In this document: positions 19,488 through 30,760 of the stretch, piece by piece
How the letters are laid out: each line of letters begins with the position of its first letter
Numbering within the stretch: the stretch's first letter is position 1
From: an uncultured Chloroflexia bacterium
GTDB taxonomy: Bacteria > Chloroflexota > Limnocylindria > Limnocylindrales > CSP1-4
Reading direction: 5' to 3'
Length of the DNA: 64,000 bases
NCBI GenBank assembly: GCA_963757055.1
Contig: CAVWPX010000006.1
Span: 361,853 to 425,852 of the forward strand
Program-made: the position numbers and the translations under genes
Notes under the pieces: model-generated
Databases searched by the model: none
What the model saw: only the letters and a program-made list of their open reading frames with translations
Told to the model about the DNA's origin: nothing

Positions 19488-20480
19488 TCAGGCCTCCGCC
19501 TCGTCATCCTCGAACGGCTCGTCGCCGTCGGGGAGGTCGAGGCCGTCGGTCTCGGTGTCCGGGACGATGAAGCCCCGCATGCGCAGGCGCTCCTTCATCT
19601 CGTCGAGCGACTTCTTGCCGAAGTTGCGCATCCGCAGGAGGTCGTCGTCCTTGAGCTGCAGGAGCTGGCCGACCTTCACGATGTTGTTGCGCTTGAGCGA
19701 GTTGTAGGCCCGCATCGGCAGGTCGAGCTCCTCGATCGGCATGTCGAGCATGTTCGAGGGGAGCGCGGCGGTGCCGGTGGGCGCGGCGACCGGGACGGCG
19801 GCCATGCCGACCGTGACGAACGGGCGGAACTGGTTGACCAGGATCTCGGCGGAGCGGCTGAGCGCCTCCTCCGGGGTGATCGTGCCGTCGGTCTCGATCT
19901 CGATCGTGAGCCGGTCGTAGTTGGTCATCTGGCCGACGCGCATGCCTTCGACCCAGTAGTTGACCTTGCGGACCGGGGTGAAGATCGCGTCGACGGCGAT
20001 GACGCCGATCGGCAGCGCCTCGGCGCGCTCGGCCCCGAGGTAGCCGACGCCGCGCTCGACGGTCAGGTCGAGCTCGATCGTGACGTCATCCGTGTCGAGC
20101 GTCATCAGGACGAGGTCCGGGTTGACGATCTCGACATCGGCCGACTCGGCGATGTCCGACGCCGTGACCGCGCCGGCGCCGCTCTTGATGAGGCGGAGCT
20201 GGACGGGATGGGCGGCGTAGCTCTTGAGGCGGAGCTTCTTGACGTTCAGGACGATCTGCGTGACGTCTTCCTTGACGCCCGGGATCGTCGAGAACTCCTG
20301 GTAGACGTCGCGGATCTGGAGGCTGGTGACCGCCGCGCCCTCGAGCGAGGACAGGAGGACGCGCCGCAGCGCGTTGCCGAGCGTGACGCCGTATCCGGCC
20401 TGCAGGGGGCCCGCCTCGTACTTGGCGTACGTGCCGGCTTCCTCGACTGGCTCGATCTGCGGGCTCTCGAGTTCGATCAT
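19488..20480 (-). CDS. rpoA: RNA polymerase alpha subunit
   Basis: GYGVTLGNALRRVLLSS, DAIFTPV, RNFGKKS. Confidence 0.98.
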   Translation of the reverse strand: MIELESPQIEPVEEAGTYAKYEAGPLQAGYGVTLGNALRRVLLSSLEGAAVTSLQIRDVYQEFSTIPGVKEDVTQIVLNVKKLRLKSYAAHPVQLRLIKSGAGAVTASDIAESADVEIVNPDLVLMTLDTDDVTIELDLTVERGVGYLGAERAEALPIGVIAVDAIFTPVRKVNYWVEGMRVGQMTNYDRLTIEIETDGTITPEEALSRSAEILVNQFRPFVTVGMAAVPVAAPTGTAALPSNMLDMPIEELDLPMRAYNSLKRNNIVKVGQLLQLKDDDLLRMRNFGKKSLDEMKERLRMRGFIVPDTETDGLDLPDGDEPFEDDEAEA

Positions 20481-20489
20481 GAGGGGCGG

Positions 20490-21116
20490 TTACCTCGAGT
20501 AGTACTCGACCACGAGCTGCTCGTTGAGATCGAGCGGCATCTGGTCGCGGCTGGGCGGGGTGACGACGGTCCCCGCGAGGGTGGCGGCATCGACGCGCAA
20601 CCACTCCGGGGCCTGGTGATTGCGGAGGGTCTCCTTCGCGATCTTGAACGGCTCGCGGGTGCGGTGCGACTCGCGGACCGAGATCACGTCACCCGGCTTG
20701 AGCCGGTAGGACGAGATGTCGGTCGGCCGCCCGTTCACGGCGAAGTGGCCGTGGTTGACGAGCTGCCGGGCCTGGGCCCGGGAGGTCGCGAAGCCGAGCC
20801 GGTAGACGACGTTGTCCAGCCGGGTCTCGAGCGAGCGGAGCAGGTTCTCGCCGGTCACGCCGGGGCGGTTCTCGGCGTCGACGAAGTAGTTGCGGAACTG
20901 GCGCTCGAGGACGCCGTACGTGCGGCGGACCTTCTGCTTCTCGCGCAGCTGCAGGCCGTACTCGCCGACCTTGCGACGGCGGACGCCGTGCTGGCCGGGA
21001 GGGCTCGGGCGACGCTCGAAGGCGCACTTCTTGGAATAGCAGCGGCTGCCCTTCAGGAAGAGCTTGGCGCCTTCCCGGCGGCAGAGGCGGCAGACGGATT
21101 CGGTGTAACGGGCCAT
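20490..21116 (-). CDS. rpsD: 30S ribosomal protein S4 (Zn-binding type)
   Basis: CRLCRREG..C....[21 protein letters not shown]. Confidence 0.98.
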   Translation of the reverse strand: MARYTESVCRLCRREGAKLFLKGSRCYSKKCAFERRPSPPGQHGVRRRKVGEYGLQLREKQKVRRTYGVLERQFRNYFVDAENRPGVTGENLLRSLETRLDNVVYRLGFATSRAQARQLVNHGHFAVNGRPTDISSYRLKPGDVISVRESHRTREPFKIAKETLRNHQAPEWLRVDAATLAGTVVTPPSRDQMPLDLNEQLVVEYYSR

Positions 21117-21129
21117 GGGTCCTCGGGGC

Positions 21130-21525
21130 TCAGACTCGGCGCCGCTTGGGCGGGCGGCAGCCGTTGTGCGGGATGGGCGTGACGTCGGTGATGGCGCTGA
21201 CTTCGAGGCCGGCTGCCTGCAGCGAGCGGATGGCCTGCTCGCGACCGGCGCCCGGACCCTTCACGTAGACCTCGACCTGGCGCATGCCGTGCTCCATCGC
21301 GCGGCGCGCGGCGCCGTCAGCCGAGAGGGCCGCGGCGTACGGGGTGCTCTTGCGGGAGCCCTTGAAGCCGGCGACGCCGGCGGAGCCCCAGCTGATGACC
21401 GCCCCGTTGAGGTCGGTGATCGTGATGATCGTGTTGTTGAACGTGGCCTGGATGTGGACGTGCCCCTGGGGGACGTTCTTCTTCTCCCGCCGGCGCTGCT
21501 TGACCGCCTTCTTGCGTTCCGCCAT
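21130..21525 (-). CDS. rpsK: 30S ribosomal protein S11
   Basis: [29 protein letters not shown]. Confidence 0.98.
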   Translation of the reverse strand: MAERKKAVKQRRREKKNVPQGHVHIQATFNNTIITITDLNGAVISWGSAGVAGFKGSRKSTPYAAALSADGAARRAMEHGMRQVEVYVKGPGAGREQAIRSLQAAGLEVSAITDVTPIPHNGCRPPKRRRV

Positions 21526-21542
21526 GCCTGGTCAGCCCCTCG

Positions 21543-21914
21543 CTACTTCTTGCGCCGGACGCCGACGGTCTTCTTCGGACCGCGACGCTGGCGAGCGTTC
21601 GTCTTGGTGCGCTGGCCACGGACCGGCAGGTTGCGCCGATGGCGCAGGCCGCGGTACGACCCGATCTCGGTCAGGCGCTTGATGTTGAGCGCCACCTCGC
21701 GGCGAAGGTCGCCCTCGACCTTGTAGCGGCGGTCGATCAGCTCGCGCAGCCGGTTGACCTGCTCCTCGGTGAGGTCCCGCACCCGGGTGTCCGGGTTGAT
21801 GTTCGTCTGGGCCAGGATCTTCTGGCTGGTGGGCAGGCCGATCCCGAACACGTAGGTGAGTGCGACCTCCACGCGCTTCTCGCGTGGGATGTCGACGCCG
21901 GCGATGCGTGCCAT
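21543..21914 (-). CDS. rpsM: 30S ribosomal protein S13
   Basis: [23 protein letters not shown]. Confidence 0.98.
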   Translation of the reverse strand: MARIAGVDIPREKRVEVALTYVFGIGLPTSQKILAQTNINPDTRVRDLTEEQVNRLRELIDRRYKVEGDLRREVALNIKRLTEIGSYRGLRHRRNLPVRGQRTKTNARQRRGPKKTVGVRRKK

Positions 21915-21917
21915 CGG

Positions 21918-22031
21918 TTACCCCTGCCGCTGCTTGTGCTTGGGATTGGTGCAGATGACCATCACGGTGCCGTGGCGACGGATGACCTTGCAGTTGTCGC
22001 AGCGCGCCTTGACGGAGGCTCTGACTTTCAA
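21918..22031 (-). CDS. rpmJ: 50S ribosomal protein L36 (not in the ORF track; TTG start)
   Basis: Manual translation [37 protein letters not shown]. Confidence 0.97.
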   Translation of the reverse strand: MKVRASVKARCDNCKVIRRHGTVMVICTNPKHKQRQG

Positions 22032-22062
22032 CGGATCCTCGGGTTTCTGGTTTCGGGGTGGC

Positions 22063-22281
22063 TTACTTGAGTCGGTAGGTGATGCGGCCGCGCGTCAGGT
22101 CGTACGGTGACAACTCGACGCGGACGCGATCACCGGGCAGGATCCGGATGAAGTTCATCCGCAGCTTGCCGCTGATGTGGGCGAGCACCCGGTGGCCATT
22201 CTCCAGTTCGATGGCGAACATCGTGTTCGGGAGCGGCTCGATGACCGTCCCTTCCACTTCGATCGCATCTTTCTTGGCCAC
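22063..22281 (-). CDS. infA: Translation initiation factor IF-1
   Basis: [31 protein letters not shown]. Confidence 0.98.
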   Translation of the reverse strand: MAKKDAIEVEGTVIEPLPNTMFAIELENGHRVLAHISGKLRMNFIRILPGDRVRVELSPYDLTRGRITYRLK

Positions 22282-22310
22282 AGGCTACGTGCTTCCCTTT
22301 CTCACGCGCA

Positions 22311-22373
22311 GTGTCGGCCCGGTCGGGCCGACACACGAACGCGTAGCGTATCAAACATGGCGAGTCCCGGCAA
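22311..22373 (-). promoter_or_regulatory. Sigma-A promoter for the infA/alpha operon with a 5'-UTR hairpin
   Basis: TTGCCG (22373-22368), 17 nt spacer, TGaTACGCT (-10 at 22350-22345). Perfect 10 bp stem GTGTCGGCCC/GGGCCGACAC at 22311-22334. Confidence 0.7.
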
Positions 22374-22381
22374 CCGTCGGG

Positions 22382-23146
22382 TCATGCGACCGTCAGGATC
22401 TGCGGACCCTTCTCCGTGATGGCGATGGAGTGCTCGAAGTGGGCGGCGAGCGAGCCGTCGCGGGTCGCGACGGTCCAGTCGTCGGCGAGGACGTGCGCCT
22501 CGTGGCGGCCGAGCGTGAACATCGGCTCGATCGCCAGGCACAGCCCGACCTCGAGCTTGCGGCCCGGTCGCCCGGTGCGGAAGTTGGGGACCTGCGGCTC
22601 CTCGTGCATCTCGGTGCCGATCCCGTGCCCGACGAACTGGCGGATGATGCCGTAGCCCTTCGGCAGGGCCACGTCCTCCACCGCCGCCGAGATGTCCTCG
22701 ATGTGGTTGCCCGGGACGGCCGCGGCGATGCCGGCCATCATGGCGGCCCGGGTCGCGTCGATCAGCTCGGCCACGGCCGCCGGCGGCTCGCCGACGAAGA
22801 AGGTCCGGGCGGCGTCGCCGTGCCAGCCGTCCACGATGGCCCCGGCGTCGACCGAGACGATCTGGCCGTCGCGCAGGGTCCTCGAGCCCGGGATCCCGTG
22901 GACGATCTCGTCGTCGATCGAGATGCAGACCGTGGCCGGGAACGGCCGCCGCGGGTTGATCCCGGGGTAGCCCTTGAAGGACGCGACCGCGCCGGAACGG
23001 GCGATGTGGTCCTCGGCGATGCGGTCCAGGTCGGCGGTCGAGACGCCCGGCCGGATCTCCGCCTCGATGAGGTCGAGGATCTCGCCGACCACGCGCCCGG
23101 CGCGGCGCATGCGATCGATCTCGGCCTGGGACTTGCGGGTGACCAC
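22382..23146 (-). CDS. map: Methionine aminopeptidase type I
   Basis: IVHGIP, DGWHGDAART, GHGIG..MHEEP, AIEPM, AHFEH. GTG at 23146 is in frame with adk in this sequence. Confidence 0.95.
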   Translation of the reverse strand: MVTRKSQAEIDRMRRAGRVVGEILDLIEAEIRPGVSTADLDRIAEDHIARSGAVASFKGYPGINPRRPFPATVCISIDDEIVHGIPGSRTLRDGQIVSVDAGAIVDGWHGDAARTFFVGEPPAAVAELIDATRAAMMAGIAAAVPGNHIEDISAAVEDVALPKGYGIIRQFVGHGIGTEMHEEPQVPNFRTGRPGRKLEVGLCLAIEPMFTLGRHEAHVLADDWTVATRDGSLAAHFEHSIAITEKGPQILTVA

Positions 23147-23812
23147 GGTCAGGCGCCCTTGCGCCGCGCCGTCGAGGGCCGCGACGAGCCCGGCGGTCGT
23201 GCCGGCGATGCCCACCGTGCCGTCGACGGTCTCGAGGACGCCGCGGCGGCGGTAGTGGTCCACGACCTCGAGGAGCGGCGGGACCTGCTGGTCCATGCGG
23301 GCGCGGACGGTCACCTCGGCGTCGTCCGCGCGCTGGCGGAGGGCCGACCCGTCGAGGTCGCAGATGCCCTCGACCTTCGGCGGGTTCGAGGCCAGGTTGT
23401 AGACGTGGCCGTTGGCCGCGCAGATGCGTCGGTTCGCCATGCGCTGGACCAGGGCCTCGAGCGGGACGTCGATGTAGAGCGCCCGGTCGACGCGGCGGCC
23501 CTCGGCCTCCAGCGCGTCGTCGAGCGCCCTGGCCTGGACCTCGGTCCGCGGGAACCCGTCGAGGATCGCGCCGTCCAGCGCGTCGGGGGCATGGAGCCGG
23601 TCCAGGAAGACGCGGACGATCGTCTCGTCGGGGACCAGCTGGCCGCGGCTCATGTAGCGGTCCGCCTCGCGGCCCAGGGCCGTCCCGGCCGCGACGGCGG
23701 CGCGCAGGAGGTCGCCCGATGCCAGCACCGGGACCCCGAGTCGAGCGGCGAGAGCCGGGGCCTGGGTGCCCTTGCCGGCACCGGGAGCTCCCAGCAGGAC
23801 GACGACCATCAT
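23147..23812 (-). CDS. adk: Adenylate kinase (reads through into map; an out-of-frame TGA lies at 23149-23151)
   Basis: GAPGAGKGTQ, SGDLLR, GQLVPD, LDGFPR, LID region RRIC...CD. Confidence 0.94.
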
Positions 23813-23870
23813 GGCCGAGGGCGGCGGACCCCGTCGGCGCCGCACGTGGCGCGCGCGATGGTCAGGGCGG

Positions 23871-25151
23871 TCATCGGATGAAGCCTTCGTAGTTGCGCAT
23901 CATCAGCTGCGCCTCGATCTGCTTCATCGTCTCGACCACGACGGACACGACGATGAGCAGGCTGGTGCCGCCGAGGCCGAGCGTGGCGAGGTCGGGCAGC
24001 GCGAGCGCGAGGAGCGACGGCGAGACCGCGACGATCGCGAGGAACAGCGCGCCGGCGAAGGTGATCCGCGTCACGACCCGGGCAAGGTAGTCCTGGGTCG
24101 GACGGCCGGGCCGGATGCCCGGGATGAACCCGCCGTTCTTGCGCAGCTGCTCGGCGGTCTCGTCCGGCTTGAACGTGAAGGCCGTGTAGAAGTACGTGAA
24201 GCCCATCGTGAGCAGGAAGTACATGAGGATGTAGATCGGCGAGCGCGGGTTGAAGAAGTTCACGATCCATGTCGCGATGTCGCGGACGATCGGGATCTCC
24301 GAGCTCGTGAAGTACGACGCGAGCTGCTGCGGGAACAGCAGGATGCTGACCGCGAAGATGATCGGGATGACGCCGGCCTGGTTGACCCGCAGCGGCAGGA
24401 ACGTCTGGCCGCCCTGGTACATCCGCCGGCCGCGCACGCGGCTGGCGTACTGGATCGGGATCCGGCGCTGGCCTTCCTGGATGTAGATGATCACGGTGAC
24501 CGCCGCGATGGCCAGGACGCCCAGCAGCACGAACGCGGCGACGTTGGGGTTCACGAGGAACCCGTTGATCGCCGACGGCGCGCGGCTGACGATGCCGGCG
24601 AAGATGATGAAGCTGATGCCGTTGCCGATGCCCCGCTCGGTGATGAGCTCGCCGATCCACATCAGGGCGATGGCCCCGGCGGTCAGCGTGGCGATCTGGG
24701 TCAGGGTCGTGAAGCTGGCGAGGTCGAACCCGCCGGTCAGGACGCCCCGCGCGTTGAGGAGCGCGAGGAACCCGTAGGCCTGCAGGATCGCCATCGGGAC
24801 CGTGAGGTAGCGGGTGTACTGGTTGATCTTGTTGCGGCCGTACTCACCCTCGCGGCTGAGCGCCTGCAGCGAGGGGACCACGCCCTGCATCAGCTGCATG
24901 ATGATCGAGGAGTTGATGTAGGGGTTCATCCCCAGCGCCACCACCGAGAACGTCGCCAATCCGCCGCCCGAGAACAGGTCGAGCAGCCCGAACAGCGGGT
25001 TCTGGTCCACGAACTGCGCGAGCTCGGCCTTGTTGATGCCCGGGACCGGCACGGCCGCGAGCAGGCGGAAGACGATCAGCAGTCCGAGGACATACAGGAT
25101 CCGGCGCCGGATGTCCGGCGCCCGGAAGGCGTTCAGCAGGGATTCGAACAC
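23871..25151 (-). CDS. secY: Preprotein translocase SecY
   Basis: FSGG, LGMNPYINSSII, GIGNGISFIIF, AGVIPIIFA, FIPGIRPG, GGTSLLIVV. Confidence 0.98.
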   Translation of the reverse strand: MFESLLNAFRAPDIRRRILYVLGLLIVFRLLAAVPVPGINKAELAQFVDQNPLFGLLDLFSGGGLATFSVVALGMNPYINSSIIMQLMQGVVPSLQALSREGEYGRNKINQYTRYLTVPMAILQAYGFLALLNARGVLTGGFDLASFTTLTQIATLTAGAIALMWIGELITERGIGNGISFIIFAGIVSRAPSAINGFLVNPNVAAFVLLGVLAIAAVTVIIYIQEGQRRIPIQYASRVRGRRMYQGGQTFLPLRVNQAGVIPIIFAVSILLFPQQLASYFTSSEIPIVRDIATWIVNFFNPRSPIYILMYFLLTMGFTYFYTAFTFKPDETAEQLRKNGGFIPGIRPGRPTQDYLARVVTRITFAGALFLAIVAVSPSLLALALPDLATLGLGGTSLLIVVSVVVETMKQIEAQLMMRNYEGFIR

Positions 25152-25154
25152 GGG

Positions 25155-26023
25155 TCAGGCGTCGCCGGCAGGGGTCTCCGCGTCATCGGACGCGGTGGCG
25201 GGCTCGTCGGCGGGTGCTTCGTCGGGAGCCGCGGTCGCGTCGGCCTTGGCCGCCTTGGCGCGGGGCGCCTTGGCCGGCTTGGCGGCCTTCGCGGCGGTGG
25301 CCTTGGCCGGCTTGGCGGTCGTCACCTCGGCCGTGTCGGCCTCGGCCGTGTCCGGCTCGGCCGTCGCGGCTTCGGGCTCGGCGGTGGCCGTCCGCCTCGA
25401 CGGCCTCGGATGCGGGCGCGTCGTCGTCGGCCTTGCGCCTTCGCCTCGGCCTTCGGGGCGTCCGGCTTGCGGCCGGCGGCCTTCGGCTCGCGGCCGAGGG
25501 CCGGCATGGCCGTGGTCGGGACCTCGAGCACGTTGACCGATCCGCCGGCCGCTTCGATCTTGGTCCGGGCCGACGCGGTGAACGCGTCCGCGACCACGAA
25601 GAGCGGCACGGACAGGTCGCCGGCGCCGAGGATCTTGAGGGGCTTGTCGAGCGTCCGCACGAGGCCGACCGCCCGCAGGATGTCCTGGTTGATCGTGATC
25701 GGGGCCTCGGCGGCCTTGCCCTTGGCGCCCTTGGGCGCCTCGACCTCGAACGCGCCGCGGTCCGCGAGCGCGCCGATGGCGCCGACGTTCACGATCTCGT
25801 ATTCGATCTTGAAGCGGTTCTTGAAGCCGCGCAGCTTCGGGATGCGCATGTGCAGCGGGGTCTGGCCGCCCTCGAACCAGGGCGGGATCGAGCCGCCGGC
25901 ACGGGCCTTCTGGCCCTTCGTGCCGCGGCCGGCCGTCTTGCCCTTGCCGGCCGCGATGCCGCGCCCGACGCGCATGCGCGCCTTGTTGGACCCCTCCGGC
26001 GGGCGGAGGTCGTGAAGCTTCAT
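25155..26023 (-). CDS. rplO: 50S ribosomal protein L15 with a roughly 120 aa low-complexity C-terminal tail (frameshifts near 25430 and 25385)
   Basis: [24 protein letters not shown] and FEGGQTPL. A coding-like tail continues to TGA at 25155-25157, just before secY. Confidence 0.88.
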
Positions 26024-26229
26024 GCCTTCTCCTGGGCGTCGGCCTCGGTCACGTCCTCGACGGTGACGAGGAATCGGACCTGGCGGACCATCCCGCGCGT
26101 CGCCGCGTTGTCGGTGATGACGCTGGTGCTGCCGATGCCATGCAGCCCGAGCGCGCGGATGGTCGCCCGGTTCCGCGCGATGTGGCTGATCTCACTCTTG
26201 ACCTGGGTGACCTTGATCTTGGCGGCCAT
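26020..26229 (-). CDS. rpmD: 50S ribosomal protein L30
   Basis: [21 protein letters not shown]; spc operon position. Confidence 0.95.
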   Translation of the reverse strand: MAAKIKVTQVKSEISHIARNRATIRALGLHGIGSTSVITDNAATRGMVRQVRFLVTVEDVTEADAQEKA

Positions 26230-26768
26230 CAGCGCACCTCCGCGGTGGCCGGCGTGGGTGCCGGCTGGCCGGAGATGCGGCTGTAGAGGCGGACGCCGCG
26301 CCGCGCGCTCAGCTCCTCGGCCGAGTGCAGCGAGCGGAGGGCCTCGATGGTCGCCCGGGTCACGTTGACCGGGTTGGTCGAGCCGTAGGTCTTGGACAGG
26401 ATGTCGCGGACGCCCGCGGCCTCCAGGACGGCGCGCACGGAGCCGCCGGCGATGACGCCGGTCCCCTGCGACGCCGGCTTGAGCATGACCCGGCTCGCGC
26501 CGAACTCGACCCGGATCTCGTGGGGGATGGTCGTGCCGACCATCGGGATGCGGATCAGGTTCTTCTTTGCGTCCTCGACACCCTTGCGGATCGCCTCGGG
26601 CACCTCGCCGGCCTTGCCGAGCCCGGCTCCGACGTGGCCCGCGCCGTCACCGACGACGACGACCGCGCTGAAGCTGAACCGCCGGCCGCCCTTGACGACC
26701 TTGGCGACTCGGTTGATCTGGACGACGCGCTCCTCGAGCGCGAGCTTGGATGGGTCGATGCGTGCCAC
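26229..26768 (-). CDS. rpsE: 30S ribosomal protein S5
   Basis: [24 protein letters not shown]. Confidence 0.98.
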   Translation of the reverse strand: MARIDPSKLALEERVVQINRVAKVVKGGRRFSFSAVVVVGDGAGHVGAGLGKAGEVPEAIRKGVEDAKKNLIRIPMVGTTIPHEIRVEFGASRVMLKPASQGTGVIAGGSVRAVLEAAGVRDILSKTYGSTNPVNVTRATIEALRSLHSAEELSARRGVRLYSRISGQPAPTPATAEVR

Positions 26769-26783
26769 GGGGCTCCCTTCCGA

Positions 26784-27146
26784 TCAGAACTCGAGGCCGG
26801 CTTCGCGGGCGGCATCGGCGAGCGACTTGATCCGCCCGTGGTACCGGAACCCGGCTCGATCGAACACGACCCGCTCGACGCCGGCGGCCTTGGCCCGCTG
26901 CGCGATGAGCTTGCCGACCGAGGCGGCCTCCTGCGACTTCGTCTCCTTGGAGCCGCGAAGCTCCTTCTCGACGGTCGAGGCGGCAGCCAGCGTTCGGCCC
27001 GACGTGTCGTCGATGACCTGCGCGTAGATGTGGTTGATGCTGCGGAACACCGCGAGGCGCGGCCGCGAGTCGGTCCCCTCCAGGTGGAGGCGGATCCGCT
27101 CATGGCGCTTGCGTCGCGCGGCGCTGCGGGTGGCGACCTGCGTCAT
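26784..27146 (-). CDS. rplR: 50S ribosomal protein L18
   Basis: [32 protein letters not shown] at 27146. Confidence 0.97.
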   Translation of the reverse strand: MTQVATRSAARRKRHERIRLHLEGTDSRPRLAVFRSINHIYAQVIDDTSGRTLAAASTVEKELRGSKETKSQEAASVGKLIAQRAKAAGVERVVFDRAGFRYHGRIKSLADAAREAGLEF

Positions 27147-27174
27147 CGCGTTCGTTCCTTCTCGATGGACCGGC

Positions 27175-27726
27175 TCACTTCTTGCCGCCGATCTTGCCGG
27201 CCTTGCCGGCCTTGCGGCGGACCTGCTCGCCGGCGTAGCGGACACCCTTGCCCTTGTAGGGCTCGGGCTTGCGCGTGGCGCGGACGGTGGCCGCGATCTG
27301 GCCGACCAGCTCCTTGTCGATGCCCACGACCGCCAGGCGGGTGGGGCTCTCGACCTCGAAGCTGATGCCCTCGGGCGGGTCGATCTCGATCGGGTGGCTG
27401 TAGCCCAGGTTGAGCTGGAGCTTGCGGCCGTTGAGCGCGGCTCGATAGCCGACGCCCGTGATCTCGAGGCCCTTCCGATAGCCGTCGCTGACCCCGATCA
27501 CCATGTTGTTGATGAGGGTCCGCGTGAGGCCGTGGAGCTGCTTGTGGGTCTTCTGCTCGGTCGGGCGGGTGACCACGACGGTGGCCTCCTCCCGGGTGAT
27601 GGACATGTCGGGGTGGAGCGACCGGCTGAGGGTCCCCTTGGGGCCCTTGACCGTGACGTTCCGCCCGTCGATGGTCACGTCGACCGAGGCGGGGACGGCG
27701 ATGGGGAGGCGTCCGATACGTGACAT
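27175..27726 (-). CDS. rplF: 50S ribosomal protein L6
   Basis: [17 protein letters not shown]. Confidence 0.98.
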   Translation of the reverse strand: MSRIGRLPIAVPASVDVTIDGRNVTVKGPKGTLSRSLHPDMSITREEATVVVTRPTEQKTHKQLHGLTRTLINNMVIGVSDGYRKGLEITGVGYRAALNGRKLQLNLGYSHPIEIDPPEGISFEVESPTRLAVVGIDKELVGQIAATVRATRKPEPYKGKGVRYAGEQVRRKAGKAGKIGGKK

Positions 27727-27733
27727 CTGTCGC

Positions 27734-28132
27734 CTACCAGACGAAGGCCAGGACTTCGCCGCCCAGCTGCGCCTGACGCGCCTGCTGGCCGGTCATGATC
27801 CCCTGGCTCGTGCTGACGATGACGATGCCCAGGCCGCCGAGCACGCGCGGGATGTCCGTCTTGCGGGCGTAGACCCGCAGGCCGGGCTTGCTGATGCGCT
27901 TGAGGCCCGAGACGACCGGGACCTTCCCGTCGACGTACTTGAGCGTCAGGCGGAGGACCGCGGCGCTGCCGTCCTGCTCCTCGGCCACGTCGGCGATGAA
28001 GCCTTCGGCCTTGAGGATGCGGGCGATCTCGCGCTTGGTCCGGGACGCGGGCACCACGACCTCGGCGTGCCGGGCGCGCGAGGCGTTCCGGACGCGAGTG
28101 AGCATGTCCGCGATCGGGTCGGAGATGTTCAT
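27734..28132 (-). CDS. rpsH: 30S ribosomal protein S8
   Basis: [24 protein letters not shown] at 28132. Confidence 0.98.
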   Translation of the reverse strand: MNISDPIADMLTRVRNASRARHAEVVVPASRTKREIARILKAEGFIADVAEEQDGSAAVLRLTLKYVDGKVPVVSGLKRISKPGLRVYARKTDIPRVLGGLGIVIVSTSQGIMTGQQARQAQLGGEVLAFVW

Positions 28133-28139
28133 CGGTTCC

Positions 28140-28325
28140 CTACCAGCTCGACTTGGTGACGCCCGGCAGCTCGCCGCGGAGCGCACGCTCGCGGAAGCAG
28201 ATGCGGCACAGGGCGAAACGGCGCATGAAGGCGCGCGGCCGACCGCACACGTAGCAGCGGTGGTAGCCGCTGACCTTGTGCTTGGGGGTGCGCTTCGCCT
28301 TGGCGATCAACGATTTCTTGGCCAT
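28140..28325 (-). CDS. rpsZ: 30S ribosomal protein S14, type Z (Zn-binding)
   Basis: 61 aa; RCYVCGR..LCRIC..GVTKSSW. Confidence 0.97.
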   Translation of the reverse strand: MAKKSLIAKAKRTPKHKVSGYHRCYVCGRPRAFMRRFALCRICFRERALRGELPGVTKSSW

Positions 28326-28343
28326 GTGACTCCCTCCCCGCGC

Positions 28344-28886
28344 CTACGAGGCGAAGGGCATGCCGAGGAGTTCAAGAAGCTTCTTGGACTCCTCGTCGGT
28401 CTTCGCCGTCGTCACGATGCTGATCTCCAGCCCGCGGAGACGGTCCACCTTGTCGTAGTCGATCTCGGGGAACGCGAGCTGCTCGCGCATCCCGAGCGAA
28501 TAGTTGCCCCGCCCGTCGAACGACTTGCCCGGGATGCCCCGGAAGTCGCGGATGCGCGGCAGGGCGAGCGTGGTCAGCCGGTCCATGAAGTCCCACATCC
28601 GCTCGCCGCGGAGGGTGACCTTGGCCCCGATCGAGTTGCCCGTCCGCACGCGGAACTGGGCGATCGAGCGCTTGGCCTTGGTGACGATCGGCTTCTGCCC
28701 GGTGATGGTCGCCAGGTCGCCCACGGCGGCATCCAGCGCCTTCGCGTTGGTCAGCGCCTCGCCGAGGCCGATGTTGACGACGATCTTGTCGAGGCCGGGC
28801 ACCTGGTTGGGGTTGGCGTACTCGAACTGCTTCTGGAGCGCCGGCACGACTTCCGCCTTGTAGCGCTCCTGGAGGCGGCTGGTCAC
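28344..28886 (-). CDS. rplE: 50S ribosomal protein L5
   Basis: [29 protein letters not shown]. Confidence 0.98.
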   Translation of the reverse strand: MTSRLQERYKAEVVPALQKQFEYANPNQVPGLDKIVVNIGLGEALTNAKALDAAVGDLATITGQKPIVTKAKRSIAQFRVRTGNSIGAKVTLRGERMWDFMDRLTTLALPRIRDFRGIPGKSFDGRGNYSLGMREQLAFPEIDYDKVDRLRGLEISIVTTAKTDEESKKLLELLGMPFAS

Positions 28887-29311
28887 GACTTCACCTCGAG
28901 CTGCTCCCCGCAGTTCCCGCAGACGCGGACCCGGCGGCCGGTGTCGAGCACGGCGTGCTTGATCCGGGTGGGGTTGTGGCAGCTGCCGCAGACGACCATG
29001 ACCCGGCCGATCGGCACGGGCTGGGCGATGTCCATGATGCCGCCGGCCTGGACCTTGGGCATCCGGTCGTTCGCGCTCGACGACTGGCTCGGCTTGGTGT
29101 GCCGCTTGGCGATGTTGAGCCCTTCGACGACCACGCCGACCCCGCCCTTGGACGTGCCGCGCCGGTACTGGCTGCGGACGCGCCCGGCCGGCTCGCGCCG
29201 GATGATGCGGTCGACCTTGCCACGCTTGCCGGCGTCCTTGCCGGCGAGGATGACCACGGTGTCGCCCTTGCGGATCTCGGGCACCTTCGTGCCGCGCGTG
29301 GAGGTGGCCAT
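28883..29311 (-). CDS. rplX: 50S ribosomal protein L24 (long form with CxxC..CxxC)
   Basis: [26 protein letters not shown]; CGSC and CGNC. Confidence 0.96.
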   Translation of the reverse strand: MATSTRGTKVPEIRKGDTVVILAGKDAGKRGKVDRIIRREPAGRVRSQYRRGTSKGGVGVVVEGLNIAKRHTKPSQSSSANDRMPKVQAGGIMDIAQPVPIGRVMVVCGSCHNPTRIKHAVLDTGRRVRVCGNCGEQLEVKS

Positions 29312-29679
29312 CACAGGACCTCCGGGGCGAGCGAGACGATCTTCATGTAGTTGCGGTCGCGCAGCTCGCGCGCCACCGGCCCGAAGATCCGGGTGCCACG
29401 CGGGTTGCCCTGGTTGTTGATGAGCACGGCGGCGTTCTCGTCGAAGCGGATGTAGCTGCCGTCCGGACGGCCGTACTCCTTGGCGGTGCGGACCACCACG
29501 GCACGGACCACGTCGCCCTTCTTGACGGCGGCGTTGGGGATGGCCTGCTTGACGCTGGCGACGATGACGTCGCCGACGCCGGCCTCGGTCTTGAGCGAGC
29601 GGCCCATCACCCGGATGCACTGGATCGTGCGGGCCCCGGTGTTGTCCGCCACCTTGAGACGGGTCTGCGACTGGATCAC
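29311..29679 (-). CDS. rplN: 50S ribosomal protein L14
   Basis: [26 protein letters not shown]. Confidence 0.98.
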   Translation of the reverse strand: MIQSQTRLKVADNTGARTIQCIRVMGRSLKTEAGVGDVIVASVKQAIPNAAVKKGDVVRAVVVRTAKEYGRPDGSYIRFDENAAVLINNQGNPRGTRIFGPVARELRDRNYMKIVSLAPEVL

Positions 29680-30122
29680 GACGCGGACTCCCCCGCCCCG
29701 GCGTCGGCCGCGACGGCCTCGGCGGTCGCGGCGTCGGCATCGGCGCTCTCGGCGTCGGCCTCGGCATGCACGCGGCCCGGATGGGCGGCCGAGTGGATGG
29801 CCTCGGTGGTCTCGGTCTCCTCGGCGATCAGGTCGAGGGGCGTGCCGTGCTCACCGGCGCGCGCGAGCACGCTGACGAGCCGCCAGCGCTTCGTGGCCGA
29901 GAGCGGGCGCGACTCCTCGATGAGGACGGTGTCGCCGATCTTGGCGTCGTTCGTCTCGTCATGCGCCTTGAACTTGGTGCTCAAGCGGATGACCCGCTTG
30001 TACAGCCGATGGCGCGTGAGGCGCTCGACGGACACGACGATCGTCTTGTCCATCTTGTCGCTGACCACGCGTCCGACCTTCGTCTTCCGCTTGCCGTCCA
30101 CTCGGGTGTCTGCTCCTGTCAT
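29676..30122 (-). CDS. rpsQ: 30S ribosomal protein S17 with acidic C-terminal extension
   Basis: [25 protein letters not shown], then about 55-60 extra E/D/A-rich residues. Confidence 0.96.
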   Translation of the reverse strand: MTGADTRVDGKRKTKVGRVVSDKMDKTIVVSVERLTRHRLYKRVIRLSTKFKAHDETNDAKIGDTVLIEESRPLSATKRWRLVSVLARAGEHGTPLDLIAEETETTEAIHSAAHPGRVHAEADAESADADAATAEAVAADAGAGESAS

Positions 30123-30135
30123 CGCGTGATCTCCC

Positions 30136-30339
30136 TCACGCCGTCTTGCCGAGCTTGCGCTCGCGCTGGACGGTCAGGATCCGCGCGATCGTTCGCCGCG
30201 TCTGCGGGATCGTGCTGAAGTCCTTCAATTGCCTGGTCGAGAGCGCGAAGCGCGCGCCCCAGAGGTCCTGCTTCGCGTCGCGAAGCGCGGTCTCGAGCTC
30301 CGCGTCGGAGAGGGCGCGGACCTTGTCGATGTCCATCAC
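30136..30339 (-). CDS. rpmC: 50S ribosomal protein L29
   Basis: [10 protein letters not shown]; S10 operon position. Confidence 0.94.
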   Translation of the reverse strand: MMDIDKVRALSDAELETALRDAKQDLWGARFALSTRQLKDFSTIPQTRRTIARILTVQRERKLGKTA

Positions 30340-30758
30340 GCCTCCTTCGCCCCGTCCCGGACGACCACGCGCGTGGCGACGGGCAGCTTGTGGCTGGCGA
30401 GGCGCATGGCCTCGATCGCCGAGTCATGGTCGACGCCGGCCATCTCGAACAGGATCCGCCCGGGCTTGACGACCGCGACCCAATGGTCGGGGGCGCCCTT
30501 GCCCGAGCCCATCCGGGTCTCGGCCGGCTTCTTGGTCGCGGGCTTGTCGGGGAAGATCCGGATCCAGATCTTGCCGCCGCGCTTGACCGAGCGGGTCATC
30601 GCGCGTCGGGCCGCCTCGATCTGGCGGCTGGTGATCCAGGCCGGTTCCTGCGTGGCCAGGCCGTACTCGCCGAACGCGACCGTGTGGCCGCCCTTGGCGA
30701 CGCCGGACATCCGGCCGCGCATGACCTTGCGGTGCTTGACCCGCTTCGGCATCAGCAT
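30336..30758 (-). CDS. rplP: 50S ribosomal protein L16
   Basis: [25 protein letters not shown]. Confidence 0.98.
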   Translation of the reverse strand: MLMPKRVKHRKVMRGRMSGVAKGGHTVAFGEYGLATQEPAWITSRQIEAARRAMTRSVKRGGKIWIRIFPDKPATKKPAETRMGSGKGAPDHWVAVVKPGRILFEMAGVDHDSAIEAMRLASHKLPVATRVVVRDGAKEA

Positions 30759-30760
30759 GG

